Assembly (NCBI GenBank): GCA_965213685.1
Contig: CBDBZY010000018.1
Coordinates: 32,001 to 96,000, forward strand
DNA: 64,000 bases
Source: a bacterium
Lineage (GTDB): Bacteria > UBA8248
Direction: 5' to 3'
A model generated the notes under the pieces. The model had not been told where the DNA came from. It was given only the letters and a program-made list of their open reading frames with translations, and made no database searches. Positions 61,301 to 64,000 of this stretch are shown one piece after another (within the stretch, counting starts at the first letter, position 1; the number at the start of each line of letters is the position of its first letter). The position numbers were made by a program, and so were the translations under genes.

Positions 61301-63034
61301 TCTAATATAGGTATCACAGTGCTTATTTTGTTTTCCTTCTTGTTTATACTTTGGTATTGAACCGAGCATACAATAGAGCAGGTGAAGGAAATGTGGAAGG
61401 AAGTGTGAAGAGCAGGTGAGGAAGATGTGGAAGAAAGGTCTATGTCAGCTAAACTAGTGAGCCGCCTAGTCCTTCATTAGTGCTACTAGGGAGCTGACAT
61501 CCAACACAAATGACTGGTTGGTGACGGTCCTCAAACGGTCAAATATCAACGGCAGAGTGAAATAGCAAAGACTCTTCCCGTAGCTCGTAGGTAGGGCCAC
61601 AAACACATCTCTGCCAAGTAGAAACTGGGTAATGGCATCTTCTTGCGCTGCCTTAGGTACTAGTACCTAGAACACTAGCTGATTGGTTTGCAGCTATTCC
61701 TGCAAAGGGAACAACTCGCGTATAGGCCAGACACCAGGCCCTCTCCGCGTGCGAGAAGGCGTGGCTCCGAGGCCTGCGCCAGCCGGAGCTCGGAGCGCGG
61801 CGCTGAGCGTGAGCGCTGTGCGCTACTCCACCACGCCTACTAGCTTATCACATGAGGGGACATGGGATGATGTGAAAGTAACAGCCCCCTTCTGTAAATA
61901 CTTCACAGCTTAAAACATGAAAAGAACATGTCGCACTCGCTGGACGTCTACTAGGTTCGCGATGTTTGCGTGATTATACGGTGGGTGGAGTCTGAACATA
62001 TTCATTTCGTGAACAGCTCCAAAATAAAGACCTGCGAAATATAAGCGCCATATACGGTACTACACATAACTGTTGCTACTAGCAGCTCGTGAGAGAATGC
62101 ATGCATGCACATGCATATTATACACTCTAATATCAAGTATTGTTATGAGTAAATCCACTTCATGTTAAGTAGTAGTTCTGTACCTGCAGCAAAATGGTAC
62201 ATATATAGGTATTTCAACAATGCTTTGGTTATCTTAATTGCAGCAGAATAACTTTATGACAATCCTATGCTGACGTTTGTTGCTTCTTCCACACTACGTT
62301 TCCCTTCTCCCGCACTGAGCTTTTACTTTGCTCCCTTGAGACTGAATGCAAGTATCCAATAGAGACTGAGTCATTGACAATACATAAGGTTACCACTATA
62401 ACATCACAGAGTGTATAGCAACTCATTGTGATAAGTGAGAGTTTGCACATGATGTTGTCTACACTAGGTCACTAATTTAGCTCCGCACGTTGCTGGCTAA
62501 ACTGAGGTTTTGGAGTAGTCTCATAAACTACTCCTCTCATCCATTAGAGAGTCTGGTTTATGAGACTATCTGTGGAGAGTGAGATAATGAAACACAGTGT
62601 CCCTGATTCTAGTGGTCATGCAGGGTTATGCAAAATGCATTCGCCTTTGATTTTTTTTAATACAACTAATAAGTTGATGCTTTCTTTCACTGTCTCACAT
62701 TTTGGAGTATGCTACAGTTCAGAGTTTGGCTGTCAGGCCCTTCTATTATGCCATTACACAATGCAGTAGTGAAGAGCTGTTCTCACAAGCCAGCCGTAAA
62801 GTTGTCCCACAAATGGAGGGACATGGGTAAAACGCTTCTGGCCTCGAGTTGAAAGGTGTGCTATGACCTATGTACACACTTGGGCTGGTGCGGTTTCACA
62901 CTTTTTCTTGGAAGTGTGTTTAGCACACTGGTGAAGTGGCCTGCCCTGTTCCAAGCAGGGCTGTCACGGGCGCAGCGAGTGTAGCAACGGTCCCTAGGCA
63001 CCTAATGGTGGAGTATGGCGTACCGACCTGTGAG

Positions 63035-63524
63035 TAGGCATGCGTCTATTATGCCTCAAAACTTTCCTCTTATGCTTTTTGGAAATTCCACAAAATTTGC
63101 TCTATTATGCTCTAAAATATTTCCATTGTGCTCCAGAATTTTCCCATTATGCTATGTGAAAACTTTGGGTGAATCTCGGCGTTACGCGTCTCAGGCAACG
63201 CGCGCTACTTGAGAGTCGCGGTAGATATTTGCTAAATGTCCAGGATGTATACTAGGTTTCTTTTATAAGGTGAATTTTGACACAAACGGCTCCCTTACTA
63301 GGTGTGGGTTTACTTCCACGATCTCTAACCCGCTACTTCAGTCTTGGTACCGCCTCCAGGTTACTCGTGACTTGTCGCTATTGCGCATTAATTAGAAAGT
63401 AGCGGTAATCGGCGCGCGCCGCACATATGAATTAAATAATGTGCCTATTATGCCAGCATTATGCTCTATGCTTTTGCGGTCTTAATATGCCGGAAATTAT
63501 GCCGGCATAATCGACGCATTACTA
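63035..63524. mobile_element. Non-autonomous hAT transposon (MITE)
   Basis: TIRs TAGGCATGCGTCTATTATGCC / GGCATAATCGACGCATTACTA; 8-bp TSD CCTGTGAG at 63027-63034 and 63525-63532. Confidence 0.88.
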
Positions 63525-64000
63525 CCTGTGAGGCATCCACCGTTGTAGCGCGTTCCCAAGCTGTTAAGGGGTGGGGCACGGCGTGACCGTATGTCACATA
63601 TCAGCGTGTCTCAAGTTGGTTAGCCTGGCTCACTGGCTCCAGGGACTAGCTAGCTTCGCTGGTTCTACGGCCCTTGAAGCGTGAGCGTACGTGATTTGGG
63701 GTGAATTTTGGCTAGACGAAGTGTGGTAGGAAGTGCCGCGGGCCGACTGATAGGCTGAGAACCCTTTTATCCTGTCCGGGCTGAGCCCGGGCATAGTAAC
63801 AGCGCCTCGCCTACAAACACTAATACAGAAAAGGCAATAGTCGCGGTTTATATAGTAGATTTTAAGCGTCGGGTAGACGCAGAGGTCAGTACTGTGCCAC
63901 ACTGAACTAGCCATAAACTGAGAATCAACTCATTTTCATTTTGACACAGTCAGGATATACACACATGCATGCATATACATGAAGAATAGGAATTGGGGAG

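Overview
This is eukaryotic (animal) genomic DNA. It is intron-rich and repeat-dense, and a demosponge origin is inferred from repeat style and gene content but not proven. One gene looks intact, on the minus strand (41336-48567, start exon not identified): it joins a Roc-type GTPase and COR-like region to a ZU5/UPA-like region with an HFC motif and a death domain. Three gene copies are decayed: holocarboxylase synthetase (HLCS) with a frameshift and an in-frame TAG, the C-terminal half of an insulysin-like M16 peptidase with a broken donor and a frameshift, and Sin3 PAH1 exon remnants. Mobile DNA includes a Penelope 3' end with a hammerhead ribozyme, four CR1/L2-type LINE remnants, a CRE-like remnant, an internally deleted Harbinger, hAT/EnSpm/Tc1/Kolobok-like MITEs, Helentron-like elements and several repeat families with an internal tRNA-like core. 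The window is a patchwork of local segmental duplications. One duplicated ~300-nt non-coding segment shows block conservation and compensatory pairing, suggesting an unannotated structured RNA. All calls were made by eye; exon boundaries were read manually and repeat ends are approximate.
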